From Hypanus sabinus (Eukaryota), in assembly GCF_030144855.1 (NCBI RefSeq), contig NC_082713.1, positions 56,420,001 to 56,484,000 of the forward strand: 64,000 nucleotides of DNA. The letters are read 5' to 3'. Positions 61,322-64,000 of this stretch are shown here, in pieces. The notes under the pieces are model-generated. The model did not search any database. It had not been told where the DNA came from and saw only the letters and a program-made list of their open reading frames with translations. A program made the position numbers and the translations under genes. The number at the start of each line of letters is the position of its first letter. Position 1 is the first letter of the stretch.

Positions 61322-64000
61322 ATTAGAACTTCAAGCTAAATTCAATCTTTTGTCTACTCAACCTGTCGAACGCCAACTTCTCGAAAGTAAGAGTCGCTTT
61401 TACATTCATGGTGACAAATCTGGTAAATTTCTAGCCAATCAGCTGAGGCGTTCCAAAGCCAAACAACATATTACAAAGATCCGGAAGGAGAACGGAGACT
61501 TTACATCAGATCATTTAGAAATTAATGACGCATTCAAAAATTTCTATTCTCGACTTTACCTCTGAATCTTTGAATGACAATATCTCTGTTGATCAATTTT
61601 TAAATAATCTGAATATTCCTTCGCTTTCATCTGATTTTAAAGCCAAACTTAATGCGCCTATATCATCAGAAGAAATATCTTTTGTAATTTCTACATTGTC
61701 CTCAGGGAAATCTCCTGGACCTGATGGGTTCCCCGTAGAATTTTATAAATCATTCTCCTCACTTCTTTCTCCTCAGTTATTCTCAGTATTATCTGACTTG
61801 TTTAATTGCGGCAAATTGCCACCCTCTTTTAATGAGGCATCTATTATTCTTTTATTAAAAAGGGGTAAAGACCCAACAGAGTGTTCCTCGTATAGGCCGA
61901 TCTCTTTGCTTAATGTTGATGTTAAAATCTTGGCTAAAGTTTTGGCTTATAGATTAGAAACTGTTATTCCCTGTATTATCTCTGATGACCAAACTGGTTT
62001 TAATAAAAACCGTCTCCCTTTTTTTAACATTTGGCGTCTATTCAATATTTTATATTCACCTCCAACTGGGATTCCTGAATGTGTTATTTCCCTCAATGCG
62101 GAGAAAGCATTTGATCGTATAGAGTGGAACTACCTTTTTGCAGTTTTAGAAAAATTTGACTTCGGTCAAAGTTTTATCTCTTGGATCAAATTGCTGTATT
62201 TGTGTCCTACTGCCTCTGTTTTAACTAATTTTCAGAAATCCCAGTTATTTAACCTCAAACGTGGCGCCCGTCAGGGATGCCCTTTAAGTCCGTTTCTCTT
62301 TGATTTGGCTATAGAACCTTTGGTGATAGCATTTCAAAATTGTCCTGAATTGACCGGGATTTGGAGAGGGGGTGTTGAGCATAAAGTTTCTCTTTATGCT
62401 GATGACTTATTACTTTTTCTTTCAAATCCATCTACATCCTTACCTCCAATGTTTTCACTTCTGGACCAGTTTAGCCAGTTCTCTGGCTATAAACTTAATT
62501 TACATAAGAGTGAACTTTTCCCAATTAATAAAGAAGCACAAGAATTAACATTTCGTGATCTCCCTTTTAAAGTAGTCCATAATCAATTTACCTATCTCGG
62601 GATTACAGTCACAAGGAAGTTTAAAGATCTCTTCTGTGAAAATTTTGCCTATCTTGTATATACTATAAAACAGAGTCTGGTACAATGGTCACCTCTGTCT
62701 ATGTCTTTGGTAGGTCGTATTAATGTTGTTAAAATGTATGTTCTCCCTAAACTTTTATACTTATTTCAATCAATCCCAATTTTTATTCCAAAATCTTTTT
62801 TTGATTCCTTAGACTCTATTATTTTGTCATATCTGTGGAAGAATAAGCACTCTAGAATTAATAAAGTCTATCTCCAAAAACCTAAAAAAGAGGGTGACAT
62901 GGCTTTACCTAACTTTCATTTATATTACTGGGCAGCCAATATACGTTGTGCTACCTTTTGGTCCTTTTTCCATGGCCAGCCCAAGTGCCCTAATTGGGTG
63001 GCAATGGAGTTGAGCTCCACTAAAGAACTATCTATCTCTGCACTTCTTGGCTATGTACTCCCTAGTAGTTTGTCCAGATTAATAGTTAATCCTCTTGTTA
63101 GACACACTTTGCGTATTTGGGCTCAGTTTAGGAAATTTTATGGTTTCCATGGTTTTTCCGTTTCCAGCCCTGTCGTACATAATCACCTTTTTCTACCCAC
63201 TATGTATGACTCAGCATTCTATGATTGGTATAGGAAGGGCATTAGACATTTTGAAGATCTTTTTATTGATAATCACTTTGCTTCTTTTCAACAGCTCTCT
63301 GCTAAGTTCAATCTGCCCAATGCTCATTTTTTAAGATATCTCCAAATTAGACACATTATTGTTCCTTTAATTCCTAACTTCCCTGAAATGCCTGAGAAAA
63401 ATGTTATGGACTTTTTTCTTTCCATTAATCCACTAGATAAAGGTTTAATATCATGTATTCAAGATAAATTAGCAGCCTTACGACGTGCCCCTGTGGATAA
63501 AATTAAAATGGCATAGGAGCAGGATTTAAATACCTCCTTATCTGATGAGACTTGGGACTCGATTCTCAAATCGGTTAATACAACCTCTCTTTGTGCTCGC
63601 CATTGCCTCTTACAGTTTAAGATTGTTCATAGAGCCCATATGTCTAAATCTAAATTATCTCGATTTTACCCTAACATCAGTCTGCTTTGCGATAAATGCA
63701 AAAGGGGTGAGGCCTCTCTCATTCATATGTACTGGTTTTGTCCTAGCTTGGAGAAATTTTGGAAAGATGTCTTCATAACGTTATCGTATATTCTGAATCA
63801 CCACCTAGAACCAAACCCTTTATTTGCTCTGTTCGGTTTCTGGGGTGAGACAGATTTACGTCTGAGTTCGTCTAAGTGTCAAATATTATCATTTACCTCT
63901 CTCTTGGCTAGACGTTTAATCCTTCTTAGATGGAGAGATATTGCCCCGCCCACACATGCTCAATGGCTTAATGATATTATGGCCTGCTTGGACCTTGAAA
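61322..64000 (+). mobile_element. 5'-truncated L1-clade LINE, ORF2 with reverse transcriptase, pseudogenised
   Basis: ORF 61525-63516 has KSPGPDGF, YRPISLLN, RQGCPLSP and YADD. Frameshift at ~61560 and TGG>TAG stop at 63514-63516. Runs off the window end. Confidence 0.95.

Noticed and set aside
61525-63516. 663-aa RT ORF as an active or domesticated gene
   Set aside because: 5'-truncated L1 without endonuclease, with a frameshift and a premature stop.

Overview
Vertebrate genomic DNA, AT-rich and dense in repeats. The CR1, Rex1-like, Penelope, L1 and Tc1 repeat families suggest a cartilaginous fish, probably a ray (inference). Three spliced genes can be reconstructed by hand in the order and orientation known from human Xq28. 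(1) The 5' half of BRCC3 on the minus strand: 3 exons with the JAMM motif and a U12-type AT-AC intron at 2047-2618. (2) CMC4 on the plus strand: a 59-aa twin-CX9C protein, head-to-head with BRCC3 at a CpG-rich bidirectional promoter. (3) FUNDC2 on the minus strand: 5 exons, with exon 3 in this assembly 4 nt short and frameshifted. No MTCP1/p13 exons were recognised in CMC4 intron 1, and no F8 exons in the 25 kb upstream of FUNDC2. That upstream region instead carries NF-kB/AP-1/RUNX motif clusters. It also has a candidate NF-kB-driven minus-strand promoter near 46.35 kb with two exon-like segments that would splice in frame onto FUNDC2 exon 2. Much of the rest is nested transposon debris, including Penelope fragments with hammerhead-ribozyme cores. 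There is a 477-N assembly gap at 31814-32290. Almost all ORFs in the supplied track are TE remnants or noise.
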